Part shown: positions 56,461-64,000 of the stretch, piece after piece
Layout of the letters: each line of letters starts with the position of its first letter
How positions within the stretch are numbered: the stretch's first letter is position 1
Virus record (IMG/VR): IMGVR_UViG_3300028833_000061
Location: 96,001-160,000 of that record
Length of the DNA stretch: 64,000 nt
From: a virus
Taxonomy: Duplodnaviria; Caudoviricetes
Reading direction: 5' to 3' (one strand)
Made by a program: the position numbers and the translations under genes
Notes under the pieces: generated by a model
The model's input: only the letters and a program-made list of their open reading frames with translations
What the model was told of the DNA's origin: nothing
The model's database searches: none

Positions 56461-57183
56461 TTAAACTCCTTGTCCTTTTCCTTGTCTTGGTTTATCAAGG
56501 TCTGTTCTTAATATATCACGAGGTATTTTATCTTGTAAAGGTTTAAAAATAATATCCTGAAGAACGGGTGCCTCAGGCCGCGTTCCAGTCATGTCGATGA
56601 ATTCAAATTCAAAGCTGCATGTGCTTACCCACTGTTCTTTAGATGCACCCTGCATCTTTTCTATCGGAGTCTGCGCCACCGGTCTAAACTTAGACAGGCA
56701 GTAGTCCTTCTTGATAGGATATGAAAAATTCCATAAATAGTCTAGGGTGTTGTCGCACAGCACGTTGGCCTCTCCAGAGGTCTTTGCAATATGCGCAAAC
56801 GAAACAACTCCAGATACCTGCCGCATAAAGTACGTTGTTCCTGTTTTTCCTTCTATTCCGTACGGCAATCTACCTGTTGGATATTCGAACTTAAGAGGGC
56901 TTAACTTGACTATTATAGCCGGCCTGAACTCTGGATGTTCATCCTCCCATCGCATCTCCTTGTCTATCCATATGCCGGTTTTATTTTTATCGTAGTCGAA
57001 TCTGCGCTCAGGACACCCTTTTATGAACTCGGATCCCGTCTTGTAATATTGGCGTATGACATCTACGAACAAACCATACAAAACACTGCTGTGCTTTGTA
57101 AGCTCGCATATAAGCTTCTTATCCTCTATCGAGTGGTCGAAATATATCTCGAATGGCTCTACGTCAAGCGGCTTCTCGTTCAT
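56461..57183 (-). CDS. tail completion / terminator-like neck protein
   Basis: RPAIIVK motif; just upstream of the sheath. Confidence 0.6.
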   Translation of the reverse strand: MNEKPLDVEPFEIYFDHSIEDKKLICELTKHSSVLYGLFVDVIRQYYKTGSEFIKGCPERRFDYDKNKTGIWIDKEMRWEDEHPEFRPAIIVKLSPLKFEYPTGRLPYGIEGKTGTTYFMRQVSGVVSFAHIAKTSGEANVLCDNTLDYLWNFSYPIKKDYCLSKFRPVAQTPIEKMQGASKEQWVSTCSFEFEFIDMTGTRPEAPVLQDIIFKPLQDKIPRDILRTDLDKPRQGKGQGV

Positions 57184-57962
57184 CTTGCAGTTTCGATCTT
57201 GTAGATTTTATCGGAGACAGGTGCCTCGCTGACAACAAGTGACTGTACCAGAGGTATTCTTCGCAGCTCCGCTATCACAGACGCCTTGTTTACATAGTAT
57301 CTCTTGTCAGAACCTATATCAACTATAACATCATTTTTCTTTGCGACTATACTGGAAGCCATTCTCACTTCAAATATCTTTCTCTCCAGAGTACCTGCAC
57401 CTTCATCGACGACGTCGTGGTTTGAGTCTGAAGAAAACGTCATCCACATATCATACGGTCCGTTGTACGGGTTAATCCTGCCAGTTCCAAAACACTGGTC
57501 ACAGTCAGCGAACCTAATCTCACCTGTTATAGGATCTCTGCACTTCAAGCAAGGTGGCCCAAACGTAGTGACTGTAAACAGCTGACCGGCTGTTCCTGCC
57601 ATTTTTTTCATATGCAAGACCTCTTTTCGCATTATGTCTCTTGCGATCAGAAAGTCCTTTCTATTCAAATCACCGTACGGATTAACAACACTAGAAAAAT
57701 ATTTCGTATTGTCTGCAACAAGTACAACTCTGAAATATAGCACAGAAGACTTGTTTATAAGGCGCCTTCTGTCTTCCTTGTAGAAATATCTATCTACAAT
57801 CGGACCGGAGATGTCTATCCACGGGCCTGTAATAGATGTGGCCTGCTCTACTCTGAACACCCACGGAGGAGCGACATTGAAATCGCCAGATACGCGCCAC
57901 GTAAACAGAAAGCCTGCCCCGTAGCTAGGAAAAATATCTACACTGGATATCACAGTGTCCAT
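57180..57962 (-). CDS. neck / head-closure protein with CxxC...CxxC
   Basis: CLKCRD...CDQCFGTG; position in the neck block. Confidence 0.6.
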   Translation of the reverse strand: MDTVISSVDIFPSYGAGFLFTWRVSGDFNVAPPWVFRVEQATSITGPWIDISGPIVDRYFYKEDRRRLINKSSVLYFRVVLVADNTKYFSSVVNPYGDLNRKDFLIARDIMRKEVLHMKKMAGTAGQLFTVTTFGPPCLKCRDPITGEIRFADCDQCFGTGRINPYNGPYDMWMTFSSDSNHDVVDEGAGTLERKIFEVRMASSIVAKKNDVIVDIGSDKRYYVNKASVIAELRRIPLVQSLVVSEAPVSDKIYKIETAR

Positions 57963-58393
57963 TAGAAAGTAGCAAACCCGTTAGACGCGTTTATACTTCT
58001 CTTGTTCTGCCTCACCCACAGCTTATACTCTTCCCAAAGCCTGGCTGACGCTGCATCGTACGCCTGCGCCTTATTATCGTCGTCGACAGTTAAGCCGCCT
58101 GCCTGATACTGCAAATGATTTCTGCGGTATCTGTTTGCAGCTATTGCCAAGAGATTTCCGACAGTACCCTTTAGAAGATTGAACCTGAACGGATTGCGAT
58201 CATAGTCTATGTTTCCTATGTATGGCGGCTGCTCGTTCCAATAATCCTGCGCATACGTCAACGCCTGTCGTATCTCCTCAGGTGTAAATTCATAATCGTC
58301 AAGAAGCGTGTTCAGCTCTGGCTCGTTGTCGCGAAGCCAGAATCTTATGTCGTTCTCGACTAAAAAAGTGTCACCGCCCTGCAACTTCGCCAT
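57962..58393 (-). CDS. head-tail adaptor-like protein
   Basis: 143 aa; IRFWLRD...YQAGGLTVDD; downstream of MCP. Confidence 0.6.
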   Translation of the reverse strand: MAKLQGGDTFLVENDIRFWLRDNEPELNTLLDDYEFTPEEIRQALTYAQDYWNEQPPYIGNIDYDRNPFRFNLLKGTVGNLLAIAANRYRRNHLQYQAGGLTVDDDNKAQAYDAASARLWEEYKLWVRQNKRSINASNGFATF

Positions 58394-58395
58394 GA

Positions 58396-58929
58396 CTAGT
58401 TACCCGAATTACCAGACTGTTTGTCTGACGACGAAGACCTGCCACGTATGTCAGGAACCTTCATGGCATTTACTCTGTCTGCGGCAGCGTCATATTTGTC
58501 TTTCAAAGAAGTCAACGTATTATCAGTATACTGCTTTATATCAGGCCAGTAATTTCCAAGAGCGAATCCACCTGCGCCTATGCCTGCGTAAAGCGCCCAT
58601 CTCTTTATCTTGTCTACAAGAGATTCTTCCTCGTCGTCATCGTCTTCATCTTCGGGCTGCATCGCTGCAGGCATAGGTACTCCGTACATAGGATTCTGCC
58701 TGTAGAAATCTCTTGAGTCTCCTCCGTCGTCAAAAAACATAAGTTTACTGGCCTTCTTTTCAAGCGCCTCGGCAAACCCTTCGTAAAAGTCTTCTGGGCT
58801 CAAACTACCTAAGTTCTGGTATTCGGCCTGCTTGACACAGAATTCTGCTATATCTGGATCTACGCCTCTTTCAACAAGTGAACACGTAAATCCATGCTTC
58901 ATCAGCGCATTTTGCTCGTAGTTATTCAT
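58396..58929 (-). CDS. K-x-A-bearing virion protein with a Gly-rich hydrophobic segment
   Basis: VKQA and EKKA motifs; WALYAGIGAGGFALG. Confidence 0.55.
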   Translation of the reverse strand: MNNYEQNALMKHGFTCSLVERGVDPDIAEFCVKQAEYQNLGSLSPEDFYEGFAEALEKKASKLMFFDDGGDSRDFYRQNPMYGVPMPAAMQPEDEDDDDEEESLVDKIKRWALYAGIGAGGFALGNYWPDIKQYTDNTLTSLKDKYDAAADRVNAMKVPDIRGRSSSSDKQSGNSGN

Positions 58930-58983
58930 TTTGTATGTGTAGATGTTTGTTAGCGTCGTATCAAATATTACACCCTTTCATAT

Positions 58984-59016
58984 AAAAAAGCCACCGGCTT
59001 TTTACACCGGTGGCTT
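58984..59016 (-). terminator. intrinsic terminator after the capsid gene
   Basis: AAGCCACCGG...CCGGTGGCTTTTTT. Confidence 0.8.
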
Positions 59017-59049
59017 GAGGTACGAGAGCCTTGTGGACTCTTACGACTC

Positions 59050-60015
59050 TTACGACTCCTGCTTCTTGCTGTTGAAGATGGCGAGCGCAACGCCGGCAAC
59101 GTTTCCGATGCCGACACCGCCGAGCCAGTAGGAGAACATCTCGATGAAGTATGCCTCCTTCTTCATGTACATCGTCCAGTCCGTGAGATAGAACGCACGG
59201 CCGAGGAACTTAGGAGCAGCGAAGAAGAACACGTAGCCGTCTGGGATCAGGTCGTCCTTGATAGTGAAGAGGACCTTGACGCCCATGAACTTGTCGATCG
59301 TCAGACCGTCGGTGAAGAAGGTCTGGGAGAGATCGCCACCAACCTCGTCGCGGCCGAAGGTGAGCAGCTCGCCCGCGGTGATCTCGTTCATGAGGCAGAG
59401 ATCGTTGCGGAGGCGGTACTTGCCCTCCTTGTTGCCACGAGGAAGCATGTTGCGAGCTTCCGCGAACGTACGACGGTTGAGGCCGCCCTCGAACTCCATC
59501 TTCTGGATCTTGCCAGTCATATGGTTGCGGCCGTCCTCGTCGCAGTCGTTGACGATCGAGTAGCAGAGCTCGATGAACTTGCGGTCGTACTCCGTGTGGG
59601 CATCCTTGAGCGCATTGTCCGTGAGGATCTTGCGGATGTCCATGCGGGTCGTGCGGAGCTCGTCGATGTCCTTCTGGAACTTCGGCGTGAGCAGACGCGC
59701 GAACGGGATGCGGAAGTTCGTCGACTCGATGTACTCGGCATCGGGCACCGTCTGGAACGGAACGAACTTGGCTCCAGGGGAGTCAGGCTCGAGCTCGATG
59801 GTGATCGAGAGGCCCTCCTGCATGCCACGATCGAGCATGTCGTCGGTAGCCTGCTCCGGAGGAAGGATCTTCATTGCGAAGGAATCCTCGCGGAGGCCCG
59901 TGCGGATGTAGTCGGTCGAAGCCTGAGCGGTCTTCTCGATGTTGTTGGAATTCTCGCGAGTGAGCTCGCCGAGAATCGCGTTGTTCATGACGTCTGTAGG
60001 AACGTTCTGTGTCAT
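59050..60015 (-). CDS. major capsid protein (HK97-fold inferred)
   Basis: 321 aa; strongest codon bias; AAAGGAAA RBS; terminator after; order protease-scaffold-decoration-MCP-neck. Confidence 0.8.
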   Translation of the reverse strand: MTQNVPTDVMNNAILGELTRENSNNIEKTAQASTDYIRTGLREDSFAMKILPPEQATDDMLDRGMQEGLSITIELEPDSPGAKFVPFQTVPDAEYIESTNFRIPFARLLTPKFQKDIDELRTTRMDIRKILTDNALKDAHTEYDRKFIELCYSIVNDCDEDGRNHMTGKIQKMEFEGGLNRRTFAEARNMLPRGNKEGKYRLRNDLCLMNEITAGELLTFGRDEVGGDLSQTFFTDGLTIDKFMGVKVLFTIKDDLIPDGYVFFFAAPKFLGRAFYLTDWTMYMKKEAYFIEMFSYWLGGVGIGNVAGVALAIFNSKKQES

Positions 60016-60035
60016 TGTATGTTTCCTTTCCTAGC

Positions 60036-60584
60036 TTAGATGCCCGTGAACTGGATCACAGTCCTGTTGGCACCGCGGCGCCAAGGCAGGCCATCCTTGC
60101 CATCCTTTGCAATGGCATTGTTGACCCAGCGAGTGAACGGAGGAACGGTAACAACCGCAACCGCGTTCTCCTCGGTGCCCTTGGAGAGCATGCCGTCCTT
60201 GACCGTGAGGAAGTCGCCGACCTTGAAGTCGTCGCCGTCGTAGACATCGGTCTGGTACTCTTCCTTGCGGAGGAGGAGGCCGGTGAGACGAGGCTGAGAC
60301 TGGATGACGTTGGAGCGCATGTCGGGCTTCTGTGTGATCGCAATGTCACCAGCCTCGTACACGACGCCACCAGCCATCGCGGCCTGCGTGTCAGCGTAGT
60401 CCTGAAGAGCAATGTAGACCAGCTTCTGAGAGCCGTCTGCAAGCTCGAATGCGCCCTTGTCGTTCGCCTGAATGATTGAACCGCGGACGATCTTCTCATT
60501 CGCTTCGGCGGGGTCTACAGGAAGGGTCTTGTCAACCTGTGCCATCGAATAGGTGGCGCCCTTAATAGGTGTGAACCATCCCAT
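60036..60584 (-). CDS. capsid decoration / cement protein
   Basis: 182 aa immediately before MCP; same codon bias; FKVGDFLTVKDGML motif. Confidence 0.65.
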   Translation of the reverse strand: MGWFTPIKGATYSMAQVDKTLPVDPAEANEKIVRGSIIQANDKGAFELADGSQKLVYIALQDYADTQAAMAGGVVYEAGDIAITQKPDMRSNVIQSQPRLTGLLLRKEEYQTDVYDGDDFKVGDFLTVKDGMLSKGTEENAVAVVTVPPFTRWVNNAIAKDGKDGLPWRRGANRTVIQFTGI

Positions 60585-60605
60585 GGTTGTACTCCTTTGT
60601 TTTGT

Positions 60606-60974
60606 TTAGTCAATCGTACCTGTATTTCCTCCACGAGGGAAGAAAATCCGTTCGAAAGGATCGTCGCCGGTACTCACGGCAATCTTTTCGTTTGAAGCGA
60701 CCCCGAGAGAATCAGGCCCGATTTCTCCGGCAAGCTTCTCAACGTAGTCGAAAATCAATTCAGGTGCCTCCGCAACCTTGTCGATGAAAGCACTCTCGTT
60801 TGTCTTTGAGAGAAGGCCTCTCTCGACAAGTACGGAGGCAGCCTTCGTTGCGCGCTCTACGAATGCAGACTTCTTGGCCTCGGCCTCCGCAAGCTTTTCG
60901 AGCTTGGGCTCCGTCTCCTCGATGTACTGCACGGCCTTCTGGGCCAGCGCGTTGTAAGACTGCTCCGTAATCAT
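60606..60974 (-). CDS. small K-x-A-rich head assembly protein
   Basis: 6 K-x-A motifs in about 122 aa; helical. Confidence 0.6.
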   Translation of the reverse strand: MITEQSYNALAQKAVQYIEETEPKLEKLAEAEAKKSAFVERATKAASVLVERGLLSKTNESAFIDKVAEAPELIFDYVEKLAGEIGPDSLGVASNEKIAVSTGDDPFERIFFPRGGNTGTID

Positions 60975-60984
60975 CGATTGCACC

Positions 60985-62280
60985 TTACTTTCCGAGGTGA
61001 GCAACAAGCAGCTTGGAAGCGGCGGCGATCTTGCTCATCATAGAGGCTCTCTTGTATATGAGAGATGCCTGCTTGCTGACGGGCTTCTTGGAGATCTTCT
61101 TGGCCGCAACCTTCTTCGCGGAGGCCTTCTTGGCAGATGCCTTCTTTGCAGAAGCCTCCTTCTCACCGTCGTCAGCCTCGGGCTCCGCCTCTGGCTCCTC
61201 TCCGGATGGCTCAGCTGAAGTATCTACAGCGGCCTCGTCGCCGCCCTCGGCTGCCTCGTCTCCGACGCCGACATCCAGGCCTAGCTCCTCCGCCGCCTCG
61301 GGCTCCTCGGCCGCGAGCTCCTCGACGATTTCTGCGAGATCCTCCTCGGTGAGAGCTCCAGACTCAAGCTGTGACATCAGGACCTGTGCAACCGCATCCT
61401 CTGGAAGCATCTCGCCGTCATCGGCTACGTCAGCTTCCGCGGCAACGTCTGCTGGAACGTCCTCGGCCGCTGGCTCCTCTGGAACTGCCTCCGGCTCCTG
61501 GGCTGCCATTGCCGCAATGGCGGCATCTGCTTCGTTAGCGCCTAGATCCTGTGCCTGCTTGATGCGAACATACTGAGCGGCTGCGCGCTGTCCTGCTACA
61601 TATTCCTGAGCTGCACGCTGACCAGCTGCATATTCCTCTGCTGCCTTCTCCTGCCCTGAGATGAAGTTGAAGACATCCTCTGCCTGCTTGGCTCCGGCCT
61701 GCTTGGCCATAACCTTCTCCGCAAGATCTGCTCCCTCCTTTTCTGCGAGCATGGCGCACGCGAGTTTGGCGAGAATATCTGTTGTAAGCTCAAGATTCAG
61801 TTCGGGAGCGCCAGCAGACTTCGTATCCGGCTTGGACTCGACCTTCTTCTCCTTCTTCTGTTCTACCGCGGGAGCGGCGGCCTGCTTCGTCTGAGCGGCC
61901 TGCTTCGTCTGAGCAGTCTGCTGTCCGTGGATCAGAGAAAGGATGTCGTTGACAAGAGTCTTCTGCGCAGACGCCTCCTTGGCATTTGCATCGGCTGTCT
62001 CGAGCGGCTTCTCCTCTGGGTTGACGATTGACTCGTCGGACTCGAACAGGTCGCCGGCCGTGATAGGACGATCGTCGCCCTTGCCTTCTGTTGAACGAGT
62101 TGACTCTGGACCCATCGATCCGTCATTCACCTCGGGATCCTCCTTCGGCAGAGTAACGTCCTTGTCGTTCTCCGCACCGGGCATGTTGTCGGGATCCTCT
62201 CCCGAAATTTCAGCGAGCTTTGCCTGTGCACGCTTCGTCATAGCCTGCACTTCCTTGAGCATCTGAGAGTATGTTGCCAT
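60985..62280 (-). CDS. capsid scaffold-like protein
   Basis: Ala/Glu-rich low complexity; about 18 K-x-A motifs; AAGGAATAA RBS before ATG 62280. Confidence 0.7.
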   Translation of the reverse strand: MATYSQMLKEVQAMTKRAQAKLAEISGEDPDNMPGAENDKDVTLPKEDPEVNDGSMGPESTRSTEGKGDDRPITAGDLFESDESIVNPEEKPLETADANAKEASAQKTLVNDILSLIHGQQTAQTKQAAQTKQAAAPAVEQKKEKKVESKPDTKSAGAPELNLELTTDILAKLACAMLAEKEGADLAEKVMAKQAGAKQAEDVFNFISGQEKAAEEYAAGQRAAQEYVAGQRAAAQYVRIKQAQDLGANEADAAIAAMAAQEPEAVPEEPAAEDVPADVAAEADVADDGEMLPEDAVAQVLMSQLESGALTEEDLAEIVEELAAEEPEAAEELGLDVGVGDEAAEGGDEAAVDTSAEPSGEEPEAEPEADDGEKEASAKKASAKKASAKKVAAKKISKKPVSKQASLIYKRASMMSKIAAASKLLVAHLGK

Positions 62281-62285
62281 GTTTT

Positions 62286-63836
62286 TTATTCCTTCTGCAT
62301 GTCTTGAAGCGCTCCTAGCGCCGTCATGCATTCTGCTATTTTAGATGTTTTTTGGTTCGAAGTTTCGCCACATCGGCTGGTTATGACTGCGTCTATAGCA
62401 GCTAGTTTGTAAGCAGCGTATTTCTCCGCTAATTTCTTAGTTACATAACCATTTAAAATCTTTAATGAAGAATTGTCAACAACAAAATTAGGTTTAGTTC
62501 CTTTTATTGTCGCGGACACTACAGAATCCTCTAGCGAGTCAATGCAAGACGCTTCCTTCAGCTCCTCTTTCAACTCAAAAAGATTCTGTCTCGAGATCGG
62601 AAAAGAGCATCCAAGTGGCCACGCGTCAAAATTTAGATCGTTGCACAGTTTCTGCAAACAGGACGTATCTTTAGCCTCTTTAAGTACTTCAGCAACTTTC
62701 TGCGAAACACCGTTTAAATAAGGCTTAACTGTGTTGAAGTCATCTCCCATCGCATACTTGAAGAAAGACGTCGAATCCATGACAACGCCAGCATCGCCTA
62801 GAACCCTGAAGGCTGCTCCAGGATCAAGTTCGCGAAGCTTGTCTATTGTTGAATCTTTCAAAGGATGTGATGCTATCTTGCACAGCTGTACAAGAAACTT
62901 GTCGCGCGCCGAATCTGCAGAGGCTGTCTTTGTTATAAATCCAACATACTTGTCGTGCATGTCTATAAGCTGATTGGCATACGCTAGTTTCCTGAGTCCA
63001 GAAGGAGACGTGATCGCCAGCCTGTCTGACGCCTCTACACCATAGTATTCAGCAAGCTTCACGGAATCGAACGGAAGCGTGTACGACGCCTCCTTCTCTT
63101 CTTTGTCGTCGTCTTTGTCCTTCTCTTTATTTTCCTCGTCCTTGTTGTCCTTGTCCTCGTCTTCCTCGTCTGGCATTACTTTCATAAGATCCCACGCGAT
63201 TCTATCTGCTGGCTTACCTACAAACGAGATATCGAAGAACTTAGGTTCGTCGTTGAACGTAAATATATGCCTTCCGTCCTCCATCATTTCTCCAAGATGG
63301 TCACGGACATGCTCGCACTCAAGCTCGTCTCCCGCGTGCTTTCTCTTCGCGCCGCAAATAGAGCAACGATCATGGTCTACCATGCAAGCCATCGAAAAGC
63401 AGATCTCGCCATCGCGCTCTAGACGCTCAAGCTCTGGAGCTGCCTTCTCTCTGTCAGCATGTATGAACAGCTCTACACGATCCATCATATCGTTAAAAGC
63501 AGAAGCAATTATATCGCCTATGGACTTCTTGGGGTCCTTATTCCTGTGATGCCTGAATACGTGTCCGAACTCTACAAAAGTCGGATGATACTTCTTGCAC
63601 GCCTCACGAGTAAAACCGTCACCGTTCCTGTTTGCTCTGTATGCCTCTGTGTCACCAAGTGCTACAACGTGAATACCTACATGATTCTTGTCTGGCTTCA
63701 GTTCATCGTAGCTCTTACCAAAAATAGTCTCTGTCTCTTTCTTTTCAGCTGTCTTTACAGAATTGCCGGAGTCGACAATCTCCATGCCGACTCCTATGTC
63801 AGGATCGAACTGCGATGACTGTATCAGCTTTATCAT
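62286..63836 (-). CDS. putative prohead maturation protease with K-x-A-rich C-terminal extension
   Basis: NRNGDGF; VFRHH; FSMAC...CSICG...CEH; FFDISFVGKPAD resembles the E.S.V..PA motif of HK97-type proteases. Confidence 0.6.
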   Translation of the reverse strand: MIKLIQSSQFDPDIGVGMEIVDSGNSVKTAEKKETETIFGKSYDELKPDKNHVGIHVVALGDTEAYRANRNGDGFTREACKKYHPTFVEFGHVFRHHRNKDPKKSIGDIIASAFNDMMDRVELFIHADREKAAPELERLERDGEICFSMACMVDHDRCSICGAKRKHAGDELECEHVRDHLGEMMEDGRHIFTFNDEPKFFDISFVGKPADRIAWDLMKVMPDEEDEDKDNKDEENKEKDKDDDKEEKEASYTLPFDSVKLAEYYGVEASDRLAITSPSGLRKLAYANQLIDMHDKYVGFITKTASADSARDKFLVQLCKIASHPLKDSTIDKLRELDPGAAFRVLGDAGVVMDSTSFFKYAMGDDFNTVKPYLNGVSQKVAEVLKEAKDTSCLQKLCNDLNFDAWPLGCSFPISRQNLFELKEELKEASCIDSLEDSVVSATIKGTKPNFVVDNSSLKILNGYVTKKLAEKYAAYKLAAIDAVITSRCGETSNQKTSKIAECMTALGALQDMQKE

Positions 63837-63839
63837 CGT

Positions 63840-64000
63840 CTACTTTCCCTCGTTAAAATCAGTGTGTGCCTCGTCTGGATACAACGCATTTCCAAGTCTC
63901 TGCAAACCGTCAAGGACCAGACCGCCGCCAACCAATCCAGCAACGCCAGTGCCTACAGCTCCTGGTCTTGTATTTTTATCAGCAAGACTTCTAATCCACC
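63840..64000 (-). CDS. 3' end of a gene with a glycine-zipper segment (partial)
   Basis: ...GAVGTGVAGLVGGGLVL...EGK*; frame open from the window edge. Confidence 0.55.
   Translation of the reverse strand, partial: WIRSLADKNTRPGAVGTGVAGLVGGGLVLDGLQRLGNALYPDEAHTDFNEGK

Noticed and set aside
61875-61915. 18-bp tandem repeat
   Set aside because: Encodes AQTKQA twice in the scaffold; a coding repeat, not CRISPR
1-64000. Stop-codon reassignment
   Set aside because: Genes tile densely in code 11, and TAA, TAG and TGA all end genes at junctions

Overview
The window is 64 kb of a large, contractile-tailed (myovirus-type) dsDNA phage genome using the standard genetic code; I found no tRNA, rRNA, CRISPR array, integrase or reverse transcriptase. 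Most genes are on the minus strand. From 63.8 kb down to 24.4 kb there is a continuous morphogenesis block: putative prohead protease, scaffold, decoration protein, major capsid, neck, sheath, tube, spike, frameshifted tail chaperones, tape measure, hub, an embedded alternative sigma factor, baseplate wedge, five paralogous distal-tail genes and fibres. At 20.9-24.3 kb lies an island of short genes with their own promoters and terminators, including a stand-alone sigma70 region-4 protein. Further left are an S8 protease, a plus-strand primase-like gene and multi-domain glycosyltransferase, a second group of probable head proteins (6.3-13 kb), small accessory genes and a plus-strand terminase large subunit. 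Main leads: (1) an intergenic candidate small RNA at about 18.9-19.04 kb whose G/U-rich 5' part is complementary to the C/A-rich leaders just before several phage start codons; (2) a six-copy non-sigma70 promoter motif, TDAW-N15-MGKTATAA, alongside two phage sigma-type proteins; (3) strong K-x-A enrichment in head proteins, suggesting the maturation-protease signal and marking distant genes as head components; (4) a five-gene paralog array in the distal tail. All functional calls come from motif recognition and gene order only; no searches were run.
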